Shown piece by piece: positions 7,293-16,561 of a stretch of DNA of 64,000 nucleotides; position 1 is the first letter of the stretch, and each line of letters starts with the position of its first letter. Source of the DNA: a virus. Below the pieces are notes generated by a model that was not told where the DNA came from, ran no database searches, and saw only the letters and a program-made list of their open reading frames with translations. The stretch is from positions 1 through 64,000 of the IMG/VR virus record IMGVR_UViG_3300006931_000001; one strand, written 5' to 3'. A program made the position numbers and the translations under genes.

Positions 7293-7736
7293 TTACTTTT
7301 CGGACGGTTGCGGTACTTTGGATCCTCGTGGCATTCGCCGCGTTATTGCGCAATCCTCGTATAGCGCATCACATTGAATCAGACGATTCGGTGCGAGTTC
7401 CTCCGCATCCTCTATCCACATTTCCACGATATTGGTCATCGATGCTACCACCTGATGACCGAAGTCCGCGATTTGATCGTCACTGACGCCAATAGCACGC
7501 ATTTGTGCACCGACAGCCGCAGCCGTCCACTGCTTCATGAATGTGTTCAGCAGCTTTGTCTTGATTTCATCCTGAGTGACACGCTTCGGTTCGCTCAGTG
7601 CATGTGCCAATTTTTGGCGCATGTTATTTTCGTGTGTGGTGAGTGTGCGTACTTGAGTTTCTTCGTTTCTGGTTTTCTGGCTCATGTCTGCTTTGATTCT
7701 CAGATTCCGAGTTGGTGTTTCTTTGAAATCACTCAT
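7293..7736 (-). CDS. hypothetical helical protein
   Basis: Start moved to MSDFKE. Confidence 0.6.
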   Translation of the reverse strand: MSDFKETPTRNLRIKADMSQKTRNEETQVRTLTTHENNMRQKLAHALSEPKRVTQDEIKTKLLNTFMKQWTAAAVGAQMRAIGVSDDQIADFGHQVVASMTNIVEMWIEDAEELAPNRLIQCDALYEDCAITRRMPRGSKVPQPSEK

Positions 7737-7738
7737 TT

Positions 7739-7936
7739 TCAAATCGCTTTGCAAAAGAAAATGTAAGTTGCTTGTCTTGGAAAACAATTAGCGGTGGTAG
7801 CCCACTTTACATGCTCGCGATTACGTGCCTTCATGGTTACATCTACGAAACTCCAGCGCCAACCAGCAGGACGCCGCTCAAGCTTGCCGATTCGGCAAAC
7901 GTACCATCGTGCTCGATGTCTTTGCTTGGTTTGCAT
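7739..7936 (-). CDS. hypothetical protein, first gene of the leftward run
   Basis: AAGGAAAGAAGG upstream of ATG. Confidence 0.55.
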   Translation of the reverse strand: MQTKQRHRARWYVCRIGKLERRPAGWRWSFVDVTMKARNREHVKWATTANCFPRQATYIFFCKAI

Positions 7937-8109
7937 GGCCTTCTTTCCTTTTCCTTAAGCCTTAAGGAGCTTGCAGGAAATTCCACGCGCTAGATTTTTC
8001 TTTTGAATTTTCGCATACTTAGAAGATTGTTCGCGAGACTCGCCGGAGAATGCGGTACCGTAAGGCTGGTCAGACCGTACAACGGAGCGTTGTACGGCAT
8101 GGAGGTACC

Positions 8110-8271
8110 ATGCTCGAACAGCGAGCAGCACGTACGCGGTACGTTGGCTTTCGTGCAACCAAACAGGAAGCGAAAGCCATCGCACGATACGCACGGCAAA
8201 TAAATCTACCTGTAACAGACATAATGCGAATACTCTGGAAACAATTAATAACAGGAAAGGTCAAATTGTGA
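8110..8271 (+). CDS. Ribbon-helix-helix-like DNA-binding protein at the strand switch
   Basis: GGAGG RBS before ATG 8110; YVGFRA strand followed by two predicted helices. Confidence 0.55.
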   Translation: MLEQRAARTRYVGFRATKQEAKAIARYARQINLPVTDIMRILWKQLITGKVKL

Positions 8272-8642
8272 ATGTAGCTTTATACACTGTAACATATCCA
8301 GTGCGTGACAGCAGTATGTTTAACAATTGTCAAGTCTCTGTGCCAATCGGCGCTGAATTAAGACGTACAGTTTTACTGCATGGACAGAGTACGCTTGTGG
8401 CTGGCACTAAAGGAAACAATATATCGTTTCCTGTGTTTGTGTTTCATTATACATATGATTATTCTGCGTCCAGAGAATTAACCACAGACACGTTAATTAC
8501 AGAGACCAGAAAATATGCATTTGTGTTTCCTACACAAAGCACGGAGCTTCCTGATAATAGTCAATTTAGAATTTTAGTATTGGACACGTCTGGGCAGCCT
8601 GGCGAACTAGCAATGCCTATCGCTATCTATGAGGTAATTTAA
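8268..8642 (+). CDS. hypothetical protein
   Basis: GTGA overlap, 124 aa. Confidence 0.55.
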   Translation: MNVALYTVTYPVRDSSMFNNCQVSVPIGAELRRTVLLHGQSTLVAGTKGNNISFPVFVFHYTYDYSASRELTTDTLITETRKYAFVFPTQSTELPDNSQFRILVLDTSGQPGELAMPIAIYEVI

Positions 8643-8643
8643 A

Positions 8644-9705
8644 ATGATCAAATGTCCTGAGTGCGGATTCGATATTTCAGTATCAGGTAGGATGCGAATT
8701 TTTGGTGTGCATTTCGCAAAACCTACAGATATAAAACCGTGTCCTGCAAGTTGGCTTAATATTCCTGATGAATTACGCCGATCGATTGTGACTAGTGAGA
8801 AAGATGAAAAGGAGACTGCGACAATATTACATACACCGACGATTTGTGCGTTAACTGCACCTGAAGTTTTTCATACTGCACACGGGACGCCTTATTTGAA
8901 AGAACCAGGCATCTCGATCATTTCGATGCCTTCATTTTATCCAGCTGCTATCAATTCATTCATTGCGAGTTTTGGTTTCTTTGATGCTGACGATTATGTT
9001 CAGGATTTTTTTACTGAGGACAAGACACATGCCTTGGAGGATGGCGTAGCATTAGCTAAATTTGCTGGACAATTATGCTACATGTCTTTTGGTGAAGCAC
9101 GAACCAAAAATGTAGATGCTGCAAAATATATTGATCATATTTTGCAATCTGGTCATGGCTCGGTGCTTGAACACGCAAATTACACTCTGTTATTTTGGGG
9201 AATTGATAGATCATGCACGCATGAAATTGTGAGGCATCGTGCAGGTTTTGGATTTAGTCAGGTGAGTCAACGGTACGTGAATGGTAAAACATTACGTTTT
9301 GTAGAACGGCCTGAATATCAACAAGATGCTGCATTACATGCACGATTTGAAAAATGGATTGATTCTGCGCGTCAAGAATATGATGAACGTGCCGACGCGT
9401 TAAAGGCGCTCAAGATTGGTGAAGGTTTGCCAGCTACGGAGTCACGAAAAGCTCGAAATCAGGCAGCACGTGCAGCGTTACCGAATGAAACAGAAGCACC
9501 GATTGTAATCACAGGTAACGTACGAGCTTGGCGTAACTTTATTGAGCAGAGAGCTAGTGTAAACGCAGAACCGTTGATTAGAAACGTGGCACTTAATACA
9601 TACAAGGTATTATGTGTTGTATCTCCACTGTTCTTTGATGATTACAAAGAAACTATAGACAGTCAAGGGAGGCGAGCTCTTGTGACGGCATATCGGAAGG
9701 TGTAA
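8644..9705 (+). CDS. thyX: FAD-dependent thymidylate synthase with N-terminal Cys-containing extension
   Basis: GHGSVLEH and HEIVRHRAGFGFSQVSQRY ThyX signature; GNVRAWRNF. Confidence 0.93.
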   Translation: MIKCPECGFDISVSGRMRIFGVHFAKPTDIKPCPASWLNIPDELRRSIVTSEKDEKETATILHTPTICALTAPEVFHTAHGTPYLKEPGISIISMPSFYPAAINSFIASFGFFDADDYVQDFFTEDKTHALEDGVALAKFAGQLCYMSFGEARTKNVDAAKYIDHILQSGHGSVLEHANYTLLFWGIDRSCTHEIVRHRAGFGFSQVSQRYVNGKTLRFVERPEYQQDAALHARFEKWIDSARQEYDERADALKALKIGEGLPATESRKARNQAARAALPNETEAPIVITGNVRAWRNFIEQRASVNAEPLIRNVALNTYKVLCVVSPLFFDDYKETIDSQGRRALVTAYRKV

Positions 9706-9798
9706 CGTCGTCGAGAAATGAATTGCTAGCATTTCGTGGTTGCTAGCACGCTGCTAGGTGTGCTAGATGTAGGGACAGTCATAGAAGGAAGCTGGAAC

Positions 9799-10035
9799 AT
9801 GTCGCATCTTAATGTCACTGAACACAATACCAAAGAAGTCTGTCCGCGTTGTGAGCGCGAGTATCTTAATCACGTGCATTGTGGAAATAGTGGTTGTTCG
9901 CGATACCTAGTTGTGTGTTCAGTGTGTGACAAACGGCAAGCGGTTGAAGCCTTCATGCGTGATCATCTTGCTAATTGCGCACATACACTAAACATATTTT
10001 CTGAAATTGCACATCGCTTCAAATTATCAGCATAG
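9799..10035 (+). CDS. Zn-finger protein
   Basis: CPRC, C...C, CSVC, H...C; start uncertain (MSHL used). Confidence 0.5.
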   Translation: MSHLNVTEHNTKEVCPRCEREYLNHVHCGNSGCSRYLVVCSVCDKRQAVEAFMRDHLANCAHTLNIFSEIAHRFKLSA

Positions 10036-10057
10036 TGCTGATTAATTGAGTGAGATT

Positions 10058-10089
10058 AGGCACCATAGAAATATGGTGCCTTTTCTTTT
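10058..10089 (+). terminator. Rho-independent terminator
   Basis: aggcaccata-gaaa-tatggtgcct 10-bp stem followed by tttctttt. Confidence 0.85.
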
Positions 10090-10108
10090 GGCTTAACTTA
10101 AAGGATTT

Positions 10109-12154
10109 ATGACTACTAATTTTTGTTTTAATAATTCCACTTTATGGACACCAAAAACAGATGCTAATACTGTAACTTCACCTAACACACAGTGGGCTGC
10201 AGCTGATACCGAATTAGTGAGACTTGCGCTATTAGATATAAAGACGGCTGTAGGTACATTATTTATTAATGTAAAAGCAGCTTATGGTGCAGTTGGAAAC
10301 GGCTTGGTTGATGATACAGCTGCAATTCAGGCCGCTATCACAGAAAATCCAGGTCGGACTATTTACTTTCCGCGCGGTCGTTATCTAATAAGTTCTACAT
10401 TGTTTATTACGAATACGTGCACACACTTACTTGGAGATTTCTTTCAGCGCAGTACAAATCCCGTAAGTGGTGTCATTGTTAATGGTGGAACAGAGTTGTA
10501 CTATACAGGAACAGGCCCTGTTATTCAAATTGGTACAGATAATGGTCTTGGTGACTGGGCTTTTGCGGATCTTACACATGGTTATGATGGACCGCAAGAT
10601 CACTCGATTGAAAATTTATGGATACGTCACGTAGCGCCAGACACGCCGTTGAATTCTGTTGGTACTGTAGATCCACACTTTAAGACTGGCGCTTACGGGA
10701 TTTGGGATTGGAGGGGTGGCGGGATAATTCTTCGAAATGTTGGCATAGAAGCATTTGAATCTAACTATGTCGGCATTCAGTCAGACATTAATTTCTTTTT
10801 TAATGTCTCTAGTTTTTACTCTAAATACGGATGTTATTTTGGTCCTCGCTCTGATCAAAATCGTATTTATGGTATGTATTCATTTTTCTGTGATCGTTGT
10901 ATTACTATAGACAGAGCTGGCCAGACCGAAATATATGGCGGTGTGTACGCATTTTGTGGTACTGCAACAAGTAGTCATATTGAAATTCGACGCGGTAGTC
11001 ACGGTGCTCTAATACATGGCGCATGGTTTGAAAACTCTGGTGTGGGTTTTCAGGGGAATATGCAATCATTTGTTTCTGCAGGTGAGGTCAGTGGATACGG
11101 CGCAGGTGGTAGCATTTCCTCACCCGGCGGTGCGCCAACGACAACGCCAGTTGCAGGTGTGAGTTTGCGTAATCCACATTGTTACAATCTTCCAGCCGGT
11201 GCAGCACATACCAATTATCTTGCGTCTGTTGGTTTCTGTAATCAATTTGTGCTTGAACAGCCGACAGAATACATCCTGAGTGGCTTATCGTCATTCAATT
11301 GTCTTGTTGCAATTCAGGCTGGATTTGCACCGACAACTACGGATACTCAGATTGCAATATACGATGCTCCTGAAACATTACTGCGAACACAGTGTTTTCA
11401 GAATCTTGGTGCTGGCGCTGTAACTGCGTATATTAGGAATTTTAGGAGCCATGATTCTGTAATTCTAGGGCTAGATACGACTGCATCACATACAATTCGT
11501 GGTGCTATTACGCATGCGGCACCTGCAGGTGTTAATGCATTTACAACTACAAATGCAAACGTAGGTCAGACTGCAGCGCCGGCGAATTGGCGACTTGTGT
11601 CTAGTGGATCTTATGATACAACGGCTGGCGCGTTATTTCCTGTTGGTGTTTTGATTCAGCATACGGCTACGCGAAACGCTGGAGCGAACTCTTTGGGTAG
11701 TACAGCTCTGTCTGTAGACTGCACAGGCGGACAGTCTAATCAGGCGGTTATTACAGCTCGTGGTGATAACAGATTTAATCAAACATCTGGTATTTTTGAA
11801 ATTGCACAATCGTTGTATCTTAGCAAGCGTGTAGCACCAACTACATTAACTACAGATCAAACTGATTGGAACTTTACTGGGCTCTCTGACGCTACGATAA
11901 TCTTTGTAACAAGCACAGTTAATGTACTTATAAACAGTATGGTAATTGATGCAAACTCTGCTAACGGTCGTGATGTTATCTTCTATAATAATAATGCGTT
12001 AGGAGGTGCCACACAGACACTTGTGCATGAAGCTGGAACAGGTACAGCTGCACGTAAATTTCAAGGTAAGAGCTATGCTAATACTGTGGTAAATCCAGGC
12101 AACGGTTTTCGTTTACGTTACGATTCTACTATCTCAAGAATTATTGTTCTCTAA
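10109..12154 (+). CDS. Tailspike/depolymerase-like protein (pectate-lyase-3-type beta helix)
   Basis: INVKAAYGAVGNGLVDDTAAIQAAI...TIYFPRGRYLISSTL. Confidence 0.8.
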   Translation: MTTNFCFNNSTLWTPKTDANTVTSPNTQWAAADTELVRLALLDIKTAVGTLFINVKAAYGAVGNGLVDDTAAIQAAITENPGRTIYFPRGRYLISSTLFITNTCTHLLGDFFQRSTNPVSGVIVNGGTELYYTGTGPVIQIGTDNGLGDWAFADLTHGYDGPQDHSIENLWIRHVAPDTPLNSVGTVDPHFKTGAYGIWDWRGGGIILRNVGIEAFESNYVGIQSDINFFFNVSSFYSKYGCYFGPRSDQNRIYGMYSFFCDRCITIDRAGQTEIYGGVYAFCGTATSSHIEIRRGSHGALIHGAWFENSGVGFQGNMQSFVSAGEVSGYGAGGSISSPGGAPTTTPVAGVSLRNPHCYNLPAGAAHTNYLASVGFCNQFVLEQPTEYILSGLSSFNCLVAIQAGFAPTTTDTQIAIYDAPETLLRTQCFQNLGAGAVTAYIRNFRSHDSVILGLDTTASHTIRGAITHAAPAGVNAFTTTNANVGQTAAPANWRLVSSGSYDTTAGALFPVGVLIQHTATRNAGANSLGSTALSVDCTGGQSNQAVITARGDNRFNQTSGIFEIAQSLYLSKRVAPTTLTTDQTDWNFTGLSDATIIFVTSTVNVLINSMVIDANSANGRDVIFYNNNALGGATQTLVHEAGTGTAARKFQGKSYANTVVNPGNGFRLRYDSTISRIIVL

Positions 12155-12166
12155 AGAAAATACACA

Positions 12167-12664
12167 ATGATGAAAAAGTTTTTGATTGTTATCATGTTTG
12201 TTTGTGGTTTTTCGAGTATGGCTTTTGCTGATTCTGGTTCCGCGTTTGTTACGATATTTGATGATGTTGTACATGTGGCTGGTTATGCATTGAGTTTGTT
12301 ACTTATGTCTCTTGTGAGTTTGATGGCTTATAAAATTCAACAAAAATACCACGTCTCGATTCCTGGAACATGGCTTGATTCTGTGCATAAGGTTATAGAT
12401 CAGAGCATTGCTTACGCAGAAGAACGAGCACACGTATTTGCAGAAAGTAATCCTCTAACAAGCAATGAGAAATTGAACACAGCCTTGAATTTTACACTCA
12501 ACATACTTGGTGACGATAAACGATTGGTTTCTCTAGGCAAGGATAAGATCAAACAATTGATAGAAGCTCGATTAAATCAAGTACGTAATGATCAATTGAA
12601 TGTGGCACTTCAGGCAGAAGATGCTCCGACGATGAAGACTTTTGTTACTCTAGGAGATAAATAA
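12167..12664 (+). CDS. Putative holin (LL-H-like)
   Basis: Two hydrophobic segments; SIAYAEE...EKL...IKQLIEARL pattern; upstream of endolysin. Confidence 0.6.
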   Translation: MMKKFLIVIMFVCGFSSMAFADSGSAFVTIFDDVVHVAGYALSLLLMSLVSLMAYKIQQKYHVSIPGTWLDSVHKVIDQSIAYAEERAHVFAESNPLTSNEKLNTALNFTLNILGDDKRLVSLGKDKIKQLIEARLNQVRNDQLNVALQAEDAPTMKTFVTLGDK

Positions 12665-13053
12665 TGAATAAGATAACAATTGTATTAGCAAGTTTATTTA
12701 TTAGTTGCTCTTGGTTTAACAAGGAAGTTAAGCCTACAATCAATGGCGTGATTGATTGCCTTAAGGTTGAGAAGAGTAATATTGAGAAGGAATTGGATAT
12801 AGTCTCTGTAGTTATGGACGTTGTAGTAGCTATATTTGATATGATACGAGATGGTGGCGATCTTAGTAATGCTATAGATACACTGATTGCAAAATATACT
12901 CCTAAGCTCGGAGATAATGCTGAAAATACTATAGCATGTATCGTTAAAGCATATAAAGATACACGTACTACAGGTGTAGAACATTCTCTTATTATGCAAG
13001 AGGACAGTATTGATGTATTAACTCGTAAGCGTGGCTGGCGTTTTGCTCAGTAA
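12664..13053 (+). CDS. Putative lipoprotein in lysis cassette
   Basis: MNKITIVLASLFISC lipobox-like signal. Confidence 0.5.
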   Translation: MNKITIVLASLFISCSWFNKEVKPTINGVIDCLKVEKSNIEKELDIVSVVMDVVVAIFDMIRDGGDLSNAIDTLIAKYTPKLGDNAENTIACIVKAYKDTRTTGVEHSLIMQEDSIDVLTRKRGWRFAQ

Positions 13054-13061
13054 GAGGTTAT

Positions 13062-13904
13062 ATGATTTTAGGTGTAGATTACGCAAGCATTGACAAAAAT
13101 GAAACGCCGAATTTCGAACTCGCGTATAAGTCTGGTATTCGTTTTGCCATTATGCGCGGAACCTATGGCATGTGGGTTGATCCTGTTCGCGTTCGTGACT
13201 TACAAAAATCAAGTAAGTTGATGACAACAGGCTCTTATTTATTTCCTATATATACTGACGATCCTATAGCAGAAGCTAACGCGTTTGCTGATGCAGTAGG
13301 ACCACTAACACATGGAAGTTTTCCACCTATTTTGGACATTGAATTTCCAGGAGGTATTCTAGCTACAAACAAAACACCAAAACAGGCAGTTGATTGGTTA
13401 ACGCAACTCGGATTACAGCTCCATAAACGATATGGAGCTCTCATGCTTTATACTTCTGGTCGTGTATGGCATGAAGATTTACAAGATGCAATATCCGTAT
13501 TTTTTAGCCAGTGTCCTTTATGGTTGGCACGCTATAGTTTTAAAACACGAGATGAAGCACACTTTACCGATAAGGTATTGCCTGGAGTAGTGCCACCACA
13601 ATTAGGTGATTCTGATGATTACTGGATTCACCAGTTTCAGGGAGATGCCGTGCATTGTCCTGGTTTTTCTAGTACAGTAGATTTAAATTTATTTCGTATT
13701 TTACGCTTAGGAACGCGTGGTTCTCGCGTTAGTTGGTTGATGGATCGACTCGGCATGCCACGCTCTAAGATTGAAAAAGAAAATGTGTTTGATGCACAGG
13801 TAGAAAAAGTAATCAAAGAATACCAAGAATCTCACAATTTAACTATTGACGGTATCGTCGGACCAGTCACGTTTTCACACGTGTGTTGGGAAAATCCTTC
13901 GTAA
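13062..13904 (+). CDS. Endolysin: GH25 muramidase + C-terminal peptidoglycan-binding domain
   Basis: GVDYAS, PPILDIE, LWLARY, WIHQF, VDLN; C-terminal YQESHNLTIDGIVGPVT. Confidence 0.88.
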   Translation: MILGVDYASIDKNETPNFELAYKSGIRFAIMRGTYGMWVDPVRVRDLQKSSKLMTTGSYLFPIYTDDPIAEANAFADAVGPLTHGSFPPILDIEFPGGILATNKTPKQAVDWLTQLGLQLHKRYGALMLYTSGRVWHEDLQDAISVFFSQCPLWLARYSFKTRDEAHFTDKVLPGVVPPQLGDSDDYWIHQFQGDAVHCPGFSSTVDLNLFRILRLGTRGSRVSWLMDRLGMPRSKIEKENVFDAQVEKVIKEYQESHNLTIDGIVGPVTFSHVCWENPS

Positions 13905-13910
13905 TTAATT

Positions 13911-14129
13911 ATGTCTGGACGTAATCTCGGAAAAACCGAGCGTGCTATTATTGATTTTTTCCAGCAGTGTTCGTCACAAATTACAACCGAGGATCTCCGA
14001 CAATATCTCTGCATGACAAGCGATCAATGTCTGAGCGCACTCAAACGTTTACACAAAAAAGGATTGGTGATGAACGTGAAAAACGGGAAAGAACTCCGCT
14101 GGACACTCACACCGGAGAATATTCGCTAA
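13911..14129 (+). CDS. Winged-helix DNA-binding protein
   Basis: ITTEDLRQYLCMTSDQCLSALKRLHKKGLV followed by a hairpin ending in W. Confidence 0.65.
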   Translation: MSGRNLGKTERAIIDFFQQCSSQITTEDLRQYLCMTSDQCLSALKRLHKKGLVMNVKNGKELRWTLTPENIR

Positions 14130-14330
14130 GATCTCGCGTATGATCTCGCGCGTATACTCTTCACGCGTGCGAGAATAGCATCTCGCGTGCGCGAAACACT
14201 ACTCGAGCGTAGCTCGCTTCGCTCGCTACTGCTCAAGTAGTGATAGAAAAAGATCACGTGCACGTAAGAATAATAGTCTCGCGCGCAAGATCAAGCGAAT
14301 TTTTTAGTTTATCATTTGTCAGAATCGCGT
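14130..14330. repeat. TCTCGCG/CGCG-rich non-coding tract (candidate operator or origin)
   Basis: TCTCGCG at 14132, 14144, 14181, 14277; inverted GCGAGA at 14169; short AT-rich stretch near 14298-14317. Confidence 0.45.
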
Positions 14331-14417
14331 ACACGATTCCCGAGTACCTGGTCCGCACCTGGAGTCGGACCACCACTCAAAACGTTGTCCTACGTCAAAA
14401 GGGAGCGGTTTTCAGAG

Positions 14418-15131
14418 ATGTCTGAACCACACGCTTCTGCGGAGTCCATGATGACCACGATTTATGAGTCTCAGCAGTCTGTTATTGAACGCAGTGGAGA
14501 TCCTCACTACATTGTAATCGAAGGTCCGGACGGAGTTGGAAAAACCACACTCATAAAAGCATTACAAGATGGACTGCAAAGATATGGTGTCACTCATGAT
14601 CGCATCTTCACAGTAAGTTTTCCGAGCAAAGTTACAACTCCTGGTCGGATAATACGAGAGATTTTCACAGACATCGAATTCATTCGCAATCCACGTACGA
14701 TGTTGTATCTGATGCTCGCTGATTTGACAGAGTGGGAGTCATCGTTACCGATTCATGACTTACTCGCTGACAAAGCATATATTATTGCAGACAGACATCC
14801 GTTAGTAAGCAATTTTGCATATCAAGGTGAGGCTTACGCTCCGGAAGCGATTCATTCAATTCAATATCGTCAACAGTTTATCGAACCGCATCGTATATTC
14901 ATTTTGGATGCTCCACCTGATGTGCAGGAACAGCGAATTCAAGAGCGTAGTGAAAAACGTAATGTGATGTTTGAAAAGAAAAGTGCTCGTTATCAAGAGC
15001 GTCTACGCCAGCGTTATTTAGGTTACGCATTATCTAATCCACACAATTGTGTATTACTTGATGCAACTCAGTCTATTCCTGAATTATTAGATACTGTGCT
15101 TATGTCAGTTTTGCGCGGAGGTGTACAGTGA
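14418..15131 (+). CDS. tmk: Thymidylate (dTMP) kinase
   Basis: IVIEGPDGVGKTT P-loop, IIADRH, SNFAYQG; start uncertain. Confidence 0.85.
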   Translation: MSEPHASAESMMTTIYESQQSVIERSGDPHYIVIEGPDGVGKTTLIKALQDGLQRYGVTHDRIFTVSFPSKVTTPGRIIREIFTDIEFIRNPRTMLYLMLADLTEWESSLPIHDLLADKAYIIADRHPLVSNFAYQGEAYAPEAIHSIQYRQQFIEPHRIFILDAPPDVQEQRIQERSEKRNVMFEKKSARYQERLRQRYLGYALSNPHNCVLLDATQSIPELLDTVLMSVLRGGVQ

Positions 15132-15697
15132 TTTTAGCATATAAGGATATCGAAAATGCTATGGCTGATGGTGATATTATTATCACGCCATACGATGCTG
15201 ACAGTATGGGAACCAATAGTTACGATGTACATTTGGCACGCAAATTAGTAACGTATCATGTACCACGCTGTTCTACTGTGATACTTGATTGTAAGCAAAA
15301 ACCAGAAACATTTAATTACATTATACCAGATGAAGGATTAGTATTGTGGCCAGGTACTTTGTATCTAGCTGCCACACAAGAATATACTGAAACTCGTAAA
15401 CACGTTCCTTATTTGGATGGTAAATCAAGTATAGGACGTTTAGGGATTTTTATACACACGACAGCTGGTAGAGGCGATATCGGCTTTTGTGGTCACTGGA
15501 CTATGGAAATATCAGTAATTCATCCTGTACGTGTGTACGCTGGTATGCCTATTGGACAGCTAACGTTTCATGCAAGCTCTTCTCAGCCTGAGATTGATTA
15601 CGCAAATAAAAAATCTCAGAAGTATACAGCATATTTTCGTTCTGAAGATCCGATACCTACAGCATCACGGATGTACCTTAATTTTAAGGATAAGTGA
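15128..15697 (+). CDS. dcd: dCTP deaminase
   Basis: NSYDVHL, GKSSIGRLGI, TAGRGDIGFCGHWTMEI, GMPIGQL. Confidence 0.9.
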   Translation: MILAYKDIENAMADGDIIITPYDADSMGTNSYDVHLARKLVTYHVPRCSTVILDCKQKPETFNYIIPDEGLVLWPGTLYLAATQEYTETRKHVPYLDGKSSIGRLGIFIHTTAGRGDIGFCGHWTMEISVIHPVRVYAGMPIGQLTFHASSSQPEIDYANKKSQKYTAYFRSEDPIPTASRMYLNFKDK

Positions 15698-15948
15698 TGG
15701 GTGTTCTAGCGGGCTATGAACAAAAGCAAGTCTATGTAGAGGATGGTTTGTGGCCTCTCATTAATGTGTTAGCCCGTAAGCTTGGCATTCCTGTATATAG
15801 ACTTGTTAATGAAGCATTGAAATCTAAAGTTAACAAGCATCTAACTACAGCCGAACTTAAAACGCTGAGAGCCGTGCTTCGAGGATCACATGCACGTAAA
15901 ATTAAAATACATAAAACTCGACGCAACGCACATCATTCCAATAGGTGA
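15694..15948 (+). CDS. Putative ribbon-helix-helix DNA-binding protein
   Basis: QVYV strand + LARKLGIPVYRLVNEAL. Confidence 0.5.
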   Translation: MMGVLAGYEQKQVYVEDGLWPLINVLARKLGIPVYRLVNEALKSKVNKHLTTAELKTLRAVLRGSHARKIKIHKTRRNAHHSNR

Positions 15949-16342
15949 ACCTAAGAAGAGAGAAACACGTAACGGCATCACTATTGAAGTCACAGATGAT
16001 TTAGGTCTACCGATGGATGGTAGATACTACGCAAAGAGTAGTTGCAACACGTGTTACGGTCGTGGTGTGTATTGCACTGTTCGTCCAGCTGCAATGCACT
16101 CATGTCCGTGCGCACAGAAACGTTATCGATCTGTACGAGAGTTCGTGAGTGCACATGTTGTTTCTGATGCTGCTACGCTCGCGTCTGCATTCTGTACTGC
16201 AATCGCACCAAGTACGGTTGTAGATAGCGATAACGAAAAATTTACAGGCATAGACCGCACCACACGCCAGGAACCATTGTCCTACGCTACTCAGCCACTT
16301 ACGCCAGAGCTCCTGGAGCTTGCTGCTAGCCTTGTCAAGTAG
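15890..16342 (+). CDS. Zn-binding hypothetical protein
   Basis: CNTCYGRG...CPC. Confidence 0.5.
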   Translation: MHVKLKYIKLDATHIIPIGEPKKRETRNGITIEVTDDLGLPMDGRYYAKSSCNTCYGRGVYCTVRPAAMHSCPCAQKRYRSVREFVSAHVVSDAATLASAFCTAIAPSTVVDSDNEKFTGIDRTTRQEPLSYATQPLTPELLELAASLVK

Positions 16343-16347
16343 CCTCT

Positions 16348-16375
16348 TGATTTGTGCTCTAAGTTAGGTATATTA
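16348..16375 (+). promoter_or_regulatory. Candidate sigma70-type promoter
   Basis: TTGATT-N16-TATATT upstream of 16429. Confidence 0.3.
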
Positions 16376-16428
16376 GGGCAGAATCTGTACTCGATACAGT
16401 CACAGACCGATCAACAATAGGAGTGTAT

Positions 16429-16557
16429 ATGGCTAGATTCCAACTTACGAAAGCAAAGAAAGTTAAGACAGAGGGCAAGGCTTCCAAGAGTGAGTCCAAG
16501 AAGAAAGCAGGTAAAAAGAAAGGAGGTAATGCGACCGGAAAGACGAGTAAAGGATAA
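16429..16557 (+). CDS. Small Lys-rich protein, 42 aa (not in ORF track)
   Basis: AGGAG RBS; MARFQLTKAKKVKTEGKASKSESKKKAGKKKGGNATGKTSKG. Confidence 0.65.
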   Translation: MARFQLTKAKKVKTEGKASKSESKKKAGKKKGGNATGKTSKG

Positions 16558-16561
16558 TTCT

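Noticed and set aside
16490-16561. N-terminal extension of the PAPS-reductase-like ORF
   Set aside because: Better explained by the overlapping 42-aa Lys-rich gene with its own RBS; start moved to 16562
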